A DNA stretch of 49,431 nt, the filler included, from Catajapyx aquilonaris (Eukaryota), in NCBI GenBank assembly GCA_000934665.2. It is 3 parts of 3 records of this genome, joined end to end, with 100 filler letters (N's around TTAATTAATTAA, not from the genome) between each part and the next. Parts side by side here need not be neighbours in the genome. Positions count along the whole stretch, not along the records: positions 33,027 to 49,431 come from JYFJ02007209.1; 2 more parts are not named here. The stretch is one strand, 5' to 3'. Of this stretch, positions 48,189-49,431 are shown piece by piece. The position numbers and the translations under genes were made by a program. Each line of letters opens with the position of its first letter. Position 1 is the first letter of the stretch. The notes beneath the pieces are model-generated. The model searched no databases and was not told the origin of the DNA. It saw nothing but the letters and a program-made list of their open reading frames with translations.

Positions 48189-49431
48189 TCCTCTACCCCC
48201 CAAAACAACGAAATAAAAAAAGACATGTTTTTAGCACTCCCTATGTTCATTCATTGCACAATTTTTTTTTGTGCAAAAGTTTCGCTCCGAATAGCTCAGG
48301 AATTTATATGATTTCTATCTCCAGGCAGGAACCATGCTGATGCGCTGCGTTTTTTTATTATTCGCACTGTAGAGTGATTCCCTGCAAAAAATGTTTTGAA
48401 GGGACGTGGACTTGCGAATTCCTCATCTTGGTTTCCAGCCAAAATTTTATGGAAAAATAAGGTGAGCCTGGGAATGAACATATCCGGTCATTCATGGACC
48501 GGAGGTTTTTCAAATAATGACTCCGGACTTAATACGAGTCGCCAGGTATTTTTCTTACCGAACTGGTGCCGATGATAACGATTTAGGTTCGCATGAGACG
48601 GTCTGTTCCCAGACTTATTTTATAATGGCGGATGAGACCGCAAAATAAATGGGGCCGTTTTGCAAAAAGCCATGCGATTCAAAAGTGGCAAAAATATAGG
48701 GCGGTTAAAAGATTACGCGGAGGAAATTACACGGCTGGTTTATGACCCTCTTCATTATTAACTGGCAGTAAAATGTCTCATGGAAAGAAAAGGTTAGGAA
48801 AAAATTAACTAGCAGTTAAAACATCTGGAGCGAGCTATTCTATTTAAAGTTAACAATAGCGCCCACTAAGATACAGATGCACTTTCTTATTTATTACATG
48901 CCTATTTTAATTAAGCCTATTCATCCAACCATCAATCAAAATAACATATAATTAATTACATAAGTACATGATAAATAAGTAATAATAATTCATAATGAAA
49001 ATAATAAAATCATCATCACATTCATCACTTTTACCCCAAAAACTGGGGTGCCAGCGCATAACGAGGAGGATATTAATTAAAATAATAAATCAATCATATA
49101 ATACATAATTTAATCATAACATAATAAAACAAATTAAAATAAATCATAAAATAAATTAAAATAAAATAAATTATAAAAGAAATACAAATACCATGGTTAT
49201 CTAATTTAACAACCTGCACCACAAATGTACTACAAATCGCTCTTAACATCTCGCCATAAATGGTTCAGCCTGTATGTGATATTAATAAAGGCATAGCGTG
49301 CCGCATGCCACTGTAAAGAAATTCCACCCCATAATAAAATTCATGCTCAGTAATTACCATAAAAGCACCCAGGAAAATTAGGATTCCACGCACAAGATGA
49401 ACCACACCCAAAAACCTGCATCTTTAAAGGG

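Overview
Eukaryotic genomic DNA with spliceosomal introns (many about 60 nt), tRNA-derived SINEs and many MITEs. It is most likely an arthropod, probably a non-holometabolous hexapod (inference only). The window is three near-equal pieces (1-16408, 16509-32926, 33027-49431) joined by identical artificial 100-nt N/TTAATTAATTAA/N linkers, so adjacency across linkers is not biological evidence. Piece 1 has CIAO1 (-), an unresolved GC-rich region, a 4-exon two-EF-hand gene (+) and the 3' exons of a PPP-family Ser/Thr phosphatase (-). Piece 2 has most of a BTBD17-like BTB-BACK gene (-) with introns full of nested fold-back MITEs, plus SINEs and mariner relics. Piece 3 has DNAI4/WDR78 (-) with an N-terminal octapeptide repeat and an upstream X-box, then two tandem TGF-beta-family genes (+). 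The best candidate for an undescribed system is that pair: a secreted protein that looks like a TGF-beta prodomain with no cystine-knot domain, 3 kb upstream of a divergent ligand that lacks the interchain dimerisation cysteine. All gene models were built by hand from GT/AG sites and frame continuity; no database searches were run.
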